Source: Aestuariivirga sp. (lineage in GTDB: Bacteria; Pseudomonadota; Alphaproteobacteria; Rhizobiales; Aestuariivirgaceae). From it: DNA of 32,248 nucleotides. Under the pieces are notes generated by a model. The model saw nothing but the letters and a program-made list of their open reading frames with translations. It was not told the origin of the DNA and did no database searches. The number at the start of each line of letters is the position of its first letter. Positions within the stretch are counted from its first letter, which is position 1. Shown here one piece after another: positions 7,148-16,156 of the stretch. The stretch lies in NCBI GenBank assembly GCA_050728895.1, contig JBOHKD010000001.1:1-32248 (forward strand). Direction: 5' to 3'. The translations under genes and the position numbers were made by a program.

Positions 7148-8674
7148 TCAGCCGTCGTTCACCATATGGCCGATGTTGTCATAGGCGGCCCGGTTGGAAG
7201 ATTTCAGCACGAAACCCCAGATTAGGCCGGCCACGATGATCGCCAGCGCGATATGGGGTATGGCATTGGCGAAAGCGCTGGTTCCGGCAAAGGTTGCGAG
7301 ATTGCTCACCAGGAGATAAACGAGCCAGAGCTGGACCACGAAAGACAGAAGCGGTGCCGCCACTGTTGTCAGTACATTGCCGCCGCCGTTCTTGCGGAAG
7401 TAGTTGAAGATGGCAATCGACACCACCGCCTGAATCACCAGGAGAAGCCCGGTGCCAAGCACGGCAAAGAGCGTATAGACACCGAGAAAGGCCTGCGCCA
7501 AAGGATCGCCAAAGCCGTTGAGCACGGCGAAGAGAATGACCCACACAGCAGCCAGAACCGTCTGCACGACCGAGGCCGTATGGGGGCTGCGGAACGACTT
7601 GTGGGTGCCGCCCAGCAACTGGGGCAATATGCCCTCACGGCCGAGCGAGTACATGTAGCGCGCCGCCGTGTTGTGGAAACACGTGCCGCAAGCGAACGAA
7701 CTCGTGAGGATGAGAATGCCCAGAAGCTCATAGGCCCAGCCGCCGACGAATTGTTCCAGCGGCGTCAGGTAGAAATTGCCGGAATCGGCAAATGCCTTGG
7801 CGAGCATATCGCCTTCGGTTGGATAGGCCGAAACGGCACACCAGCTCACAATGACGTAAAATACGCCAAGACCGATCACCGAGATGTACAGCGAACGCGG
7901 GATGATGTGCTTCGGATCGCGTGATTCTTCGGCATAGTTCGGCGCCATTTCGAAGCCGACCCAGGACCAGAAGGCCATGAAAATGCCGACGGCGGCAGCA
8001 CCTGCCGGGATCGCCACCGCGCCCACCTGCTGTGCGGCCACGGGTATTGTCACGTTGAAAACATTCAAGGCCTCTCCGGTGAAACTTGTTCCGGTCGAGG
8101 CGGAAGCCACGCCGAACACGAAGATCGTCAGGATGATGATCTCGAGAATCAGGGCTACGCCCAGAATCTGCGCCGAAAGCTTGACATCGCGATAGGACAG
8201 AACGCCGGTTAGCGCGATCATGAGCAGCGCCAGCACCAGCCACGGCACATTGATGCCGAGATGGGTCTGGAGCCATTGATTGCCGAAAAAGGCGAAGAGC
8301 CCGGTCAGCGATGCTTCAAAGACACTGTAGCAGGCTAGCGACGAGATGCCGGCCGACATGCCAACCTCGCGGCCCAAGCCCTGGCTGATGAAGGAGTAGA
8401 AGCCGCCGACCGACGACACGCGGGCCGCCATGGCGGCGTAGCCCACGGAAAAGATGGTGAGCACGATCGTGGCCAGAAGGAAAGCCGCCGGCGTGTGGAT
8501 GCCGATGCCATAGCCCGCCGCGAACGGCACGTTGCCGAGCATCGCCGAAACCGGCGCTGCCCCTGTGACGGTCAGGAAAAGCACGCCCATCAGCCCAATG
8601 GCTTTTGCGTGAAGTAGATCGACGTTTTTGCTGCGCGAGACGTCGATAGTGCCTTGGGCGGTGCTTTGAGCCAT
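7148..8674 (-). CDS. APC-superfamily amino acid/amine permease
   Basis: About 12 hydrophobic segments; TGAAP, GGFYSFI..GLG, FWSWVGFE...YAEESRDP; GGAGG RBS before ATG 8674. Confidence 0.92.
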   Translation of the reverse strand: MAQSTAQGTIDVSRSKNVDLLHAKAIGLMGVLFLTVTGAAPVSAMLGNVPFAAGYGIGIHTPAAFLLATIVLTIFSVGYAAMAARVSSVGGFYSFISQGLGREVGMSAGISSLACYSVFEASLTGLFAFFGNQWLQTHLGINVPWLVLALLMIALTGVLSYRDVKLSAQILGVALILEIIILTIFVFGVASASTGTSFTGEALNVFNVTIPVAAQQVGAVAIPAGAAAVGIFMAFWSWVGFEMAPNYAEESRDPKHIIPRSLYISVIGLGVFYVIVSWCAVSAYPTEGDMLAKAFADSGNFYLTPLEQFVGGWAYELLGILILTSSFACGTCFHNTAARYMYSLGREGILPQLLGGTHKSFRSPHTASVVQTVLAAVWVILFAVLNGFGDPLAQAFLGVYTLFAVLGTGLLLVIQAVVSIAIFNYFRKNGGGNVLTTVAAPLLSFVVQLWLVYLLVSNLATFAGTSAFANAIPHIALAIIVAGLIWGFVLKSSNRAAYDNIGHMVNDG

Positions 8675-8763
8675 GGCCCCTCCGGTTTCCCTTTGAACGT
8701 GCACTTCCCCCCAACAGAGGGCGGTCCATGTTTCCCGGACCTGCCCGTTGCTGGCCGTTCGGG

Positions 8764-8792
8764 ATACTAAAGTCTATCGCTTCACTTTGCAA
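8764..8792 (-). promoter_or_regulatory. Putative sigma70 promoter for the permease
   Basis: TTGCAA (8792-8787), 17 bp, TAGTAT (8769-8764). Confidence 0.5.
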
Positions 8793-9480
8793 AGCCCATG
8801 ATTCGAATAAGCTCGGCGCTCGACATCACATGGCAATAAATCATGTTGATGATTTCGAGTTCCTTGCGGTGCAACTCGTCTGTTGCCGCAGCGCAGCAAT
8901 CTTCCACAACGACCACCCCGAAACTTTCATCGGCTAAGCTCCGCACCGTCGAGGAGATGCATTGATCGGTGAAGATGCCGCAGCAGATCACGTGCTTGAT
9001 GCCGAGATTGTGCAGGATGAGGCGGAGATTGGTGCCGGTCAGCGCCGAGTCCGTCGTTTTGGTGACGACGATCTCATCGCCGACCGGCTGCAAGGTATCG
9101 ACGAGTTGCGAAGGCGTGCCGTTTTTGGGCAACAGCAGGTTGTTCCAACCCGGCTTCTTTTGCGATAGCGACCTGTCGCGACCATCGTCGGTCTGGCAGG
9201 CGATACGGGCGAAAAGGCATTCGATGCCATGGCCGCGGGCGCGCTTCAGGAGTTCCGCGGTGCGTGGAATGACGGTTTTCCGCATGCGCTCATGGAAGGG
9301 TGTCCAGGCATCGTAGCGCCGCTGATCGGCCTCCGAAAGCGTAAGCCGGTCGGGACGTTCGAGGTAGGTGTTCTGCACATCGATGATGAGGAGGCAGGTT
9401 TCGCCCGGTAGCAATATCGGATCGCCGGGTTCGGGCGCTCCCTCGTAATAGAGCGAGCGGAACGATGTTTTCCACGTCAT
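8782..9480 (-). CDS. Isochorismatase-family cysteine hydrolase (amidase)
   Basis: Asp-Lys-Cys triad: LLIIDVQN, VTKTTDSA, GIFTDQCISSTVR; ATG 9480 preferred. Confidence 0.88.
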   Translation of the reverse strand: MTWKTSFRSLYYEGAPEPGDPILLPGETCLLIIDVQNTYLERPDRLTLSEADQRRYDAWTPFHERMRKTVIPRTAELLKRARGHGIECLFARIACQTDDGRDRSLSQKKPGWNNLLLPKNGTPSQLVDTLQPVGDEIVVTKTTDSALTGTNLRLILHNLGIKHVICCGIFTDQCISSTVRSLADESFGVVVVEDCCAAATDELHRKELEIINMIYCHVMSSAELIRIMGFAK

Positions 9481-9607
9481 GGGCGGGGCGCCTTCAGAAA
9501 CGGTAATCCTAGCGGCCTGCATCGCGGCATTAAAGCCTCATTTGGTCGGCCACCAGAGAACTGCCGGAACTCACATCAACATGCTCTAGCCAACACTCAG
9601 AACCGGC

Positions 9608-10999
9608 TCACCTGCCCATTGAGGCCAGCCGTTGCAGCGTTTCCGCGATATCGGCTTCGGTGGTGCTCGGATTGATGGTGCACAGCCGGAGCACGCTTCT
9701 CCCGCCGATGACGGTCGAGGACAGCGTGGCATAACCCGATTGCGTGATATCATTCACCATCGCGGCATGTTCGCCGGGTTTGGCATTGCGCCTGGCAAAA
9801 GTCACAATGCCGATCTGGGCCGGCGTCACCAGTTCCCATGGTGATCCTTCTTTGACGATCAGCGCCTGCGCGATCTCAGCGAGCTCGATGCCGCGGGCGA
9901 TGGCGGCGGAAATCGCGCCCGCTCCATAGGTCTTGAAGGTCATCCACAGTTTCAGCGAGCGGGCCTTGCGCGTCAGTTCGAGACTGCGGTTGAAGAAATC
10001 GACTTCGCCTTCCCCACCCATCACGTCTTTCAGATATTCGGGATTCATCGTGAAGGCACGCTCAAGCGCACCCGGATGACGCACCAGAACGCAACCGCAG
10101 TCATAGGGCTGGAACAGCCATTTGTGCGGATCTAGAACGAGTGAATCCGCAAGCTCCATGCCGATGAGATGCGCCCTTCCCTTGGCCGTCAAGGCGGCGG
10201 GCGCGCCATAGGCCCCGTCCACATGCATCCAAAGATCGTTGGCCTTACACAGGGCGGCAATCTCCGGCAACGGATCGCAAGCGCCGGTGTTGGTCGATCC
10301 GGCAGTTGCCACGATCATCACGGGCTTTCGGCCTTGGGCGCGGTCATCGACGATCAGCGCTGCAAGCTCGGCCATGTTGAATTTGAGATCGCGGCCAGTC
10401 GGCAGCACCCTTACATCTTCCGGCGGCGCGCCGAGGGCCGCAAAATTGCGTTTGAGCGAGGCGTGGGTCTGGTCGTTCAGATAAACAACGCCGCGCCCCT
10501 TCGCCGCGAAGGCAGCGGCAAAGGCGGTGAAATTCGCCATGGAGCCGCCGCTCACGATCACTCCCTGGGTTTCCTCCGGCATGCCGAGCAGTTGCCGCAG
10601 CCAGTCGATCACCACGAGTTCGAGTGTGGCGGGGCCGCTGCCACCCACCCAGGTGGCCGCCATGGCATTGAAGCCCGTGGCCAGCCAATCGCCGAGGATC
10701 GCGGCAAAGGACGATGGCCCCGGCACGCGCGCAAAATAGCGCGGGTGATCGCCATGCTGCATGTAAGGCAATAGGAGATCGCGCAAGGAGGCCAAGGCCG
10801 CCGCCGGATCGGAAGGCTCCTGCGGCACGGCGCCACCGATTTTGGCTTCAAGCGGTTTCCGGGAGGCCACTGCAACGGCAGGTTCGTGGGCACGGCCCAC
10901 CCAATGTTTCACAACCATGTCGACCATTTGATAGCCGAGCGCCCGCATGTGCGCTTCGGTGAGGCCAAGCGTGTCGGCTTGTGACGGAGGGAGGGGCAT
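9608..10999 (-). CDS. Group II PLP-dependent amino acid decarboxylase
   Basis: SGGSMAN, THAS, ATAGSTNTGACD, HVDGAYG, DPHKW (PLP lysine); ATG 10999 lies just after the upstream stop. Confidence 0.9.
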   Translation of the reverse strand: MPLPPSQADTLGLTEAHMRALGYQMVDMVVKHWVGRAHEPAVAVASRKPLEAKIGGAVPQEPSDPAAALASLRDLLLPYMQHGDHPRYFARVPGPSSFAAILGDWLATGFNAMAATWVGGSGPATLELVVIDWLRQLLGMPEETQGVIVSGGSMANFTAFAAAFAAKGRGVVYLNDQTHASLKRNFAALGAPPEDVRVLPTGRDLKFNMAELAALIVDDRAQGRKPVMIVATAGSTNTGACDPLPEIAALCKANDLWMHVDGAYGAPAALTAKGRAHLIGMELADSLVLDPHKWLFQPYDCGCVLVRHPGALERAFTMNPEYLKDVMGGEGEVDFFNRSLELTRKARSLKLWMTFKTYGAGAISAAIARGIELAEIAQALIVKEGSPWELVTPAQIGIVTFARRNAKPGEHAAMVNDITQSGYATLSSTVIGGRSVLRLCTINPSTTEADIAETLQRLASMGR

Positions 11000-11003
11000 C
11001 TTG

Positions 11004-12287
11004 TTAAATCCTGGCATCAACGAAATGGGCTAGCTCCGCGCCCAGCTCATAGTAGTGTTCCTTCAGGGTGCGAAAGCCAGTGTCTTCGGGAGCCGTTACG
11101 GGAAGCGGCAAATCCGCAACGGCAGTTTTGCCCATTATATGCTCGGCCAGCACCCGGCCGAACACCGTTCCGGGTGCGATGCCCCGGCCATTGTAGCCGC
11201 AGACGCCGATGACATTGGGCGCGAAGCGGTGGAATCGCGGTAGATTGTTTTCGGTCATGCCAATCGTGCCGTACCATTCGGCTTCGAACTCGATATCGCC
11301 GATCTGTGGAAAGAGTGAATGAATGGAGCGTTTCGCCCAGGCGCGATGGATCGCGGCGCCGGCGCCTCGAAGCGCTCCCACGCTGCCGAAGATCAGGCGG
11401 CCTTGCGCGTCGAAGCGGAAGGAGCGCAGCACTTTCCTTGTATCCCAGGCGCCTTCGCGCTCCGGCAGAATGGTCTTTGCGATATTATCGCTCAGGGGCC
11501 GCGTGGCGATGTTGAAATAGGGGAGATGGATTTGCTCGCGGCGAATTTCCGGCCATGTGCCCTTGGTATAGGCGTCGGTTGCCACCACGATCCAATCGGC
11601 TTCGACCGTGCCGGCGGGGCTGCGGACAATCCATCGGCCTTGGACCTGTTCCCAACCCGTGACCGGGCTCCCCGTGTAAATTTTGGCGCCTGCCGCAATG
11701 GCGGCCTGGCCCAAGCCCCTTACATAGGTGAGCGGCTGGATGGTGCCGGCGCGAAGATCGAGCAGCGAACCCGCATAGGCCGCGGTTCCCGTCCGCGCCC
11801 TTGTTTCCTTGGCATCGAGAAGGCGCACCGGTGCGTCCCGCGCCGCCCATTGACGGGTCCGTTCTGTAAGTTCGGCCAAGCCCTTTTGTCCCACGGCGCA
11901 ATGCAGCGTGCCGTTCTTTACGGTTTCGCATTCGATGCCGTGCTTTTGGATCAGGTCCCATACGGCGGCGGGCGCATTGCCGAGGAGGTTCAAAAGCCGC
12001 TCGCCATATTCGGTGCCGAGGACGCCTGGAAGGTTTTCCGGCATCACCCACATGCCGGCGTTGACCAGGCCGGAATTGCGTCCCGAAGCGCCGAAGCCGA
12101 TTTCGACGGCTTCGAGAACCGTTACAGCGGTCCCGGCCTCTGCCAAATGCAGGGCTGTCGAAAGTCCCGTAAACCCCGCGCCCACCACGGCCACCTGGGT
12201 CTTTGCATGCCCGGAAAGCCTTGCCGTTTTGGGGGCTTTCGGCGCGGTTGTTTCCCACAGGCCATGGGAGCGAGGGTCATTCTGCAT
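11004..12287 (-). CDS. FAD-dependent oxidoreductase (DadA/PuuB/pipecolate-oxidase-like)
   Basis: VVGAGFTGLS.A.HLAE, GFGASGRNSG, GYNGRGIAPGT motifs; start ATG 12287 or 12329. Confidence 0.88.
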   Translation of the reverse strand: MQNDPRSHGLWETTAPKAPKTARLSGHAKTQVAVVGAGFTGLSTALHLAEAGTAVTVLEAVEIGFGASGRNSGLVNAGMWVMPENLPGVLGTEYGERLLNLLGNAPAAVWDLIQKHGIECETVKNGTLHCAVGQKGLAELTERTRQWAARDAPVRLLDAKETRARTGTAAYAGSLLDLRAGTIQPLTYVRGLGQAAIAAGAKIYTGSPVTGWEQVQGRWIVRSPAGTVEADWIVVATDAYTKGTWPEIRREQIHLPYFNIATRPLSDNIAKTILPEREGAWDTRKVLRSFRFDAQGRLIFGSVGALRGAGAAIHRAWAKRSIHSLFPQIGDIEFEAEWYGTIGMTENNLPRFHRFAPNVIGVCGYNGRGIAPGTVFGRVLAEHIMGKTAVADLPLPVTAPEDTGFRTLKEHYYELGAELAHFVDARI

Positions 12288-12329
12288 GAGTGTCAATATC
12301 TTCTTTGCCGCACTTCTCAGGTTTATCAT

Positions 12330-12350
12330 GTTAAGTCGAATCGACTTAAC
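12330..12350. promoter_or_regulatory. Perfect 21-bp palindrome centred on a GANTC site (operator-like)
   Basis: GTTAAGTCGA-A-TCGACTTAAC, intergenic upstream of the FAD oxidase. Confidence 0.45.
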
Positions 12351-12361
12351 GTGCTCGTGAT

Positions 12362-13294
12362 TTAGGATTGCGCCAGCAACCGCTCGATCTCCGGAAGCCG
12401 CGCCATGGCGGATGCAGCACCGGGACGGGTCACCGAAATGCCGGCCGCAGCGGATGCAAAGCGAGCGGCGTCAAGCGGGTCGAACCCATGTGCGAGTGCC
12501 GCAGCGAAGGCTCCGACAAAGGCATCGCCCGCACCGGTGGTGTCGACCGCGCGTCCGGCGAAGAATGCCGCGAGAAACACCGACCGGCCGCGCGCATGGA
12601 AAACGGCGCCCCTGTCACCGAGCGTGATCAGGGCAGTGCCGGCTCCTTTCTTCACAAGAACATCGCCGGCGCGGCGCGCGTCATCGGCGGACAAAACATT
12701 CATTCCGGTGAGACTCGCCGCTTCGCTCTCATTGGGAATCACATAGTCGCATAGTGGATAGATATTATCCGGCAGAGGAGCTGCGGGGGCTGGGTTGAAC
12801 AGGGTGATGACGCCCGCAGCCTTGGCAATCTCAAGCCCGCGCCGCGCGGCGGCAAAGGGCTGTTCGAGTTGTGTGACGAAAACCTTCGATGTGGTGATGG
12901 CATCGGCGGCGGCATCGATATCCGCGGGACCGATCGTGGAGGCCGCCCCCGGCACGACAATGATGGCGTTCTCGCCATTTGTATCATTGACGAAGATACC
13001 GGCGGCTCCCGTGGATTCAGTGGGGGACCGCACAACGCGCGGGATGATGCCTTCCTTCGTCCATGCCGCGAGTGCCATGTCCCCGAAAGCATCATGGCCA
13101 ATCTTCGAGATGAGGGTAACCGTGGCTCCGCTACGGGCGGCGGCGACCGCCTGGTTCGAACCCTTGCCGCCCGGACTCATGACAAAGCCCGAGCCGATCA
13201 ACGTTTCACCGATTGCCGGTTGACGGCCGGCCCGGAACACCAGGTCGGCCGCGAAGATGCCGAGCACGGCGACGCGATGATCCGTTGCGGTCAT
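12362..13294 (-). CDS. rbsK: Ribokinase (PfkB family)
   Basis: PGGKGSNQAVAAAR, GENAIIVVPGA, QLE, NPAPA, PNESEA, DTTGAGDAF. Confidence 0.9.
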   Translation of the reverse strand: MTATDHRVAVLGIFAADLVFRAGRQPAIGETLIGSGFVMSPGGKGSNQAVAAARSGATVTLISKIGHDAFGDMALAAWTKEGIIPRVVRSPTESTGAAGIFVNDTNGENAIIVVPGAASTIGPADIDAAADAITTSKVFVTQLEQPFAAARRGLEIAKAAGVITLFNPAPAAPLPDNIYPLCDYVIPNESEAASLTGMNVLSADDARRAGDVLVKKGAGTALITLGDRGAVFHARGRSVFLAAFFAGRAVDTTGAGDAFVGAFAAALAHGFDPLDAARFASAAAGISVTRPGAASAMARLPEIERLLAQS

Positions 13295-13305
13295 GGCCCA
13301 GGGCC

Positions 13306-13746
13306 TTACACCATCTCCGGCCGCTGGGGCACCTTCACCAATGCTTCGCCTTCAAGCACCAGCGTACCCGCCACCGTGCAGCGGCAGACGAGCTTTACCC
13401 TCCGGCCCTTTTCGACAAGTTCGGCGACTTCGACGCTGGCCTCGACCACATCGCCGATCCTGACCGGCGCCTTGAAGTTGAGCGTTTGCGACAGATAGAT
13501 AGCGCCGGGTCCGGGCAATCTCGTGCCAATCACCGCCGAGATCAGGCTGGCCGTATAAAGCCCGTGGGCAATGCGGCCGCCGAAAGGTGTCCTGGCCGCG
13601 AAGTGTTCCGAAAGGTGGATCGGATTGCGGTCGCCGCTGATTTCGGCAAAGCCCACGACGTCGGAGGATTTTACCTCCTTGGCATAGGTCTCGGTCATGC
13701 CGAGCGACAAATCTTCGAAATACAGGGTGCGGGTGGAGGCAAGCAT
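13306..13746 (-). CDS. MaoC/PhaJ-like (R)-specific enoyl-CoA hydratase
   Basis: FAEISGDRNPIHL, RIAHG, LPGPGAIYLSQTLNFKAPV. Confidence 0.9.
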   Translation of the reverse strand: MLASTRTLYFEDLSLGMTETYAKEVKSSDVVGFAEISGDRNPIHLSEHFAARTPFGGRIAHGLYTASLISAVIGTRLPGPGAIYLSQTLNFKAPVRIGDVVEASVEVAELVEKGRRVKLVCRCTVAGTLVLEGEALVKVPQRPEMV

Positions 13747-13756
13747 GGAATCACTC

Positions 13757-13981
13757 TTATTGGCGTCCGGTGTTTATGCCCCAGAGATTGAGCAGATGCA
13801 CGAAAGCAAGAAGGACAATGACGGCTCCCACGAGAAGGACCGGGGTGGTGGGAATCATGCGGGGTTCAAGGCTTTGACGGGGACTCCGCTCAAGCCAGGA
13901 CATGGCGGCGATAATCCCTCCGCCACCCAGGAGGACGGCGATGGTGAGCCAAAGTTCGGTCGCATCGACATTGGGCGGCAT
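13757..13981 (-). CDS. Small two-TM membrane protein of unknown function
   Basis: Two hydrophobic helices around PRMIP, C-terminal HLLNLWGINTG; co-directional and adjacent to MaoC. Confidence 0.65.
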   Translation of the reverse strand: MPPNVDATELWLTIAVLLGGGGIIAAMSWLERSPRQSLEPRMIPTTPVLLVGAVIVLLAFVHLLNLWGINTGRQ

Positions 13982-13997
13982 GGGGCAGGGCTGTTGG

Positions 13998-14026
13998 TTG
14001 ACAGGGGTTCGGGCCGTCCCTATAGA
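13998..14026 (+). promoter_or_regulatory. Sigma70 promoter of rpmJ
   Basis: TTGACA-N17-TATAGA. Confidence 0.7.
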
Positions 14027-14064
14027 CCGGCCTCAACAAGACGCCAAGACTATGGGTGAAGTAC

Positions 14065-14190
14065 ATGAAAGTCCGCAATTCGCTGAAGTCGCTCATCAAG
14101 CGACACCGCGACAACAAGGTGGTCCGCCGCAAGGGCCGCGTTTACGTCATCAACAAGACCAATCCGCGCTTCAAGTCGCGCCAGGGTTAA
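14065..14190 (+). CDS. rpmJ: 50S ribosomal protein L36, Zn-independent (C-minus) type; not in the ORF track
   Basis: Hand translation [41 protein letters not shown] (41 aa, no Cys). Confidence 0.97.
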   Translation: MKVRNSLKSLIKRHRDNKVVRRKGRVYVINKTNPRFKSRQG

Positions 14191-14253
14191 GGTCCGTTTA
14201 CCTCCGGCCCCCGCACATTTTGTTGCCAGGCAAGAAACGTGTAATATGAGGCC

Positions 14254-14856
14254 ATGCGCGGCATCGGCCTTGGGCTTGCTTTCAGTATCCTGATCGCCGT
14301 TCCGGCGTTTGGCGACGGCATGCGCGTACCCTCCGAGGCGACAAGCGTTCCCTTTCGGCAAAAATCTCCCGCCGAAAGCCGCTCCGACCGGCTCGACGCC
14401 TTGCTCGCAAGGTTGCATCAAGAGGTAAGCCTCGGGGAGGCAAAATCGGCCGAGCAAGATATCTGGGCCATATGGATGGCATCGGATTCGCCCACGGCGG
14501 AGATTTTACTGCGCCAGGCGACGCGCGCCATGAACGAGGGCGCTCCGGAGCCCGCACTTGCCATCCTCAACCGGCTGACCGGCGCCTATCCCGATTTCGC
14601 CGAAGCCTGGAACAAGCGCGCCACCTTGCATTTCATCATGGGAAACGACCAGGCATCGCTTGCTGATATCGATCATGTGCTGGAGCTTGAACCTCGCCAC
14701 TTCGGCGCCCTTTCTGGCCGCGGCATGATCGAGCAGCGCCGCAAGAACTATGGCGCGGCGATGCGAGCCTTCAACGAGGCACTCGCCATTAATCCCAACA
14801 TGCCGTCGGTGAAGGACGCCGTGAAAGAGCTGGAGAAGCTTGAGCGGGGGATATAG
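14254..14856 (+). CDS. Exported tetratricopeptide-repeat protein
   Basis: Signal peptide; TPR motifs PDFAEAWNKRATL, LELEPRHFGALSGRGMI, ALAINP. Confidence 0.88.
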   Translation: MRGIGLGLAFSILIAVPAFGDGMRVPSEATSVPFRQKSPAESRSDRLDALLARLHQEVSLGEAKSAEQDIWAIWMASDSPTAEILLRQATRAMNEGAPEPALAILNRLTGAYPDFAEAWNKRATLHFIMGNDQASLADIDHVLELEPRHFGALSGRGMIEQRRKNYGAAMRAFNEALAINPNMPSVKDAVKELEKLERGI

Positions 14857-14866
14857 TTAGCCCCGC

Positions 14867-15088
14867 TTATTTCTTGAGGAAGCCGAATTTCTGGTTGAAC
14901 TTCGATACCCGGCCGCCGCGGTCGAGCAGCGTCTGATGGCCACCGGTCCAGGCGGGATGCGTTTTTGGATCGATGTCGAGCGACAGCGTGTCGCCGGCCT
15001 TGCCAAGGGTCGAACGGGTGACGAATTTCGTGCCGTCCGTCATCACCACATTGATGGTGTGGTAGTCGGGATGGATGCCTTCCTTCAT
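14867..15088 (-). CDS. rpmE: 50S ribosomal protein L31, Cys-less type
   Basis: [10 protein letters not shown]...[14 protein letters not shown]...[11 protein letters not shown]. Confidence 0.97.
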   Translation of the reverse strand: MKEGIHPDYHTINVVMTDGTKFVTRSTLGKAGDTLSLDIDPKTHPAWTGGHQTLLDRGGRVSKFNQKFGFLKK

Positions 15089-15142
15089 GACGCGAATTCT
15101 CCGGCTTCAGCAATAGGTGGGGATTGTCTAGTTTCGGCGGGG

Positions 15143-15171
15143 CCTATACAGGAAAGGCTCCCGAGAGGCAA
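15143..15171 (-). promoter_or_regulatory. Sigma70 promoter of rpmE
   Basis: TTGCCT (15171-15166), N17, TATAGG (15148-15143). Confidence 0.6.
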
Positions 15172-15195
15172 GGCGGCCCAAGCCCAGGTAGTGGG

Positions 15196-16080
15196 TCAGT
15201 CTGAATTTTTCTTCTTGTAAGAACCGCGCGAGCGATCCGCCTTGGCTTCTTCGGCTTCGACAAGGCTCACAATATCGCCAATCTCCCAAAGCCTGTCAGA
15301 GACGCCAGCGGCCATGGCGGGCGACATGCGCAGCTTGGAATGCAGCCGCACGAAATTGTAATACATCATGTGCAGCGCGACGGCATAGGCATGGTTTTCA
15401 ACCTTTTTAGAGAAGGCGTTCGTGAGCCGGGTGAACCGGCGCATGTGCATCCGCATGGTGAGGTTTGAGCGTTCTACATAGGACGTGCTGACGTGCTTGG
15501 GATCGGGATCGCCCTCAATACGATGCTTTTGGGTTCCGATGCATTCCGCCGGGCTGTACTTGCCCTTCATGCTTTCCGGCGATGAACCATAGACCTTATG
15601 CAAGATGGCGTAATCAATTTCGCCACCGAATGCGCCTTCAACCGCTTCAAGATACGCCTTGTGGCCGTCGCTGGTTAGCTGGACGCGGTTTGCGAGACGG
15701 GCGCGAAGATCATCAATGAACCACATGGCGCATTCACCGTCGCGTCCGCCGATGAAATACGAAAGGATCATTTTGCTATCGGCGTCTAGCGCGGTCCACG
15801 TCCAAGTATCGCCAGCGCCGTCGGGAGCGGCCTTGGCACCCGGCACGTTCTTTTGTTTGGCGTAGGTGAAGCTCCAGATTTCATCGACCTGCACCCGCTT
15901 GGCGGTCACGTTGCGGACGTTCGCATCATGGTAGGCCGCACATGCCTTACCGGCGTCGATCATGAGTTTGATGACGGTGTTTTTGCTCGCGCCCGTCAGC
16001 CGGGTGACGGAACGGATGGAATTGCCCTCACAGAGGAGGTGCAAAAGCCGATTCCTTTGTTCTTGGTTTAGTCTTTTCAT
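15196..16080 (-). CDS. IS1-family-like DDE transposase, single ORF with N-terminal HTH
   Basis: HTH EGNSIRSVTRLTGASKNTV; DDE motifs VQVDEIWSF, LTSDGHKAY, TSYVERSNLTMR...RFTRLTNAFSKK; stop codon lies inside the left TIR. Confidence 0.88.
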   Translation of the reverse strand: MKRLNQEQRNRLLHLLCEGNSIRSVTRLTGASKNTVIKLMIDAGKACAAYHDANVRNVTAKRVQVDEIWSFTYAKQKNVPGAKAAPDGAGDTWTWTALDADSKMILSYFIGGRDGECAMWFIDDLRARLANRVQLTSDGHKAYLEAVEGAFGGEIDYAILHKVYGSSPESMKGKYSPAECIGTQKHRIEGDPDPKHVSTSYVERSNLTMRMHMRRFTRLTNAFSKKVENHAYAVALHMMYYNFVRLHSKLRMSPAMAAGVSDRLWEIGDIVSLVEAEEAKADRSRGSYKKKNSD

Positions 16081-16086
16081 GTGGGA

Positions 16087-16139
16087 AATATAGATTGACT
16101 TCGTCGGAAAGTCAATTATATATCGTCTTAACGACGATA
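16087..16139. promoter_or_regulatory. Divergent promoter/operator region between transposase and fic
   Basis: IR ATTGACTT-N7-AAGTCAAT (16094-16116) gives TTGACT on both strands; minus strand TTGACT-N17-TATATT; second IR TATCGTC-N5-GACGATA (16121-16139). Confidence 0.65.
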
Positions 16140-16156
16140 AGAATCTGGATAATTCT

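Noticed and set aside
9560..9590. ATGCTCTAG-ended half of an alphaproteobacterial intergenic repeat
   Set aside because: Only one arm is visible; too short to support.
15196..16080. Programmed -1 frameshift as in classical IS1 insA/insB
   Set aside because: HTH and DDE motifs are in one continuous ORF; no frameshift is needed.
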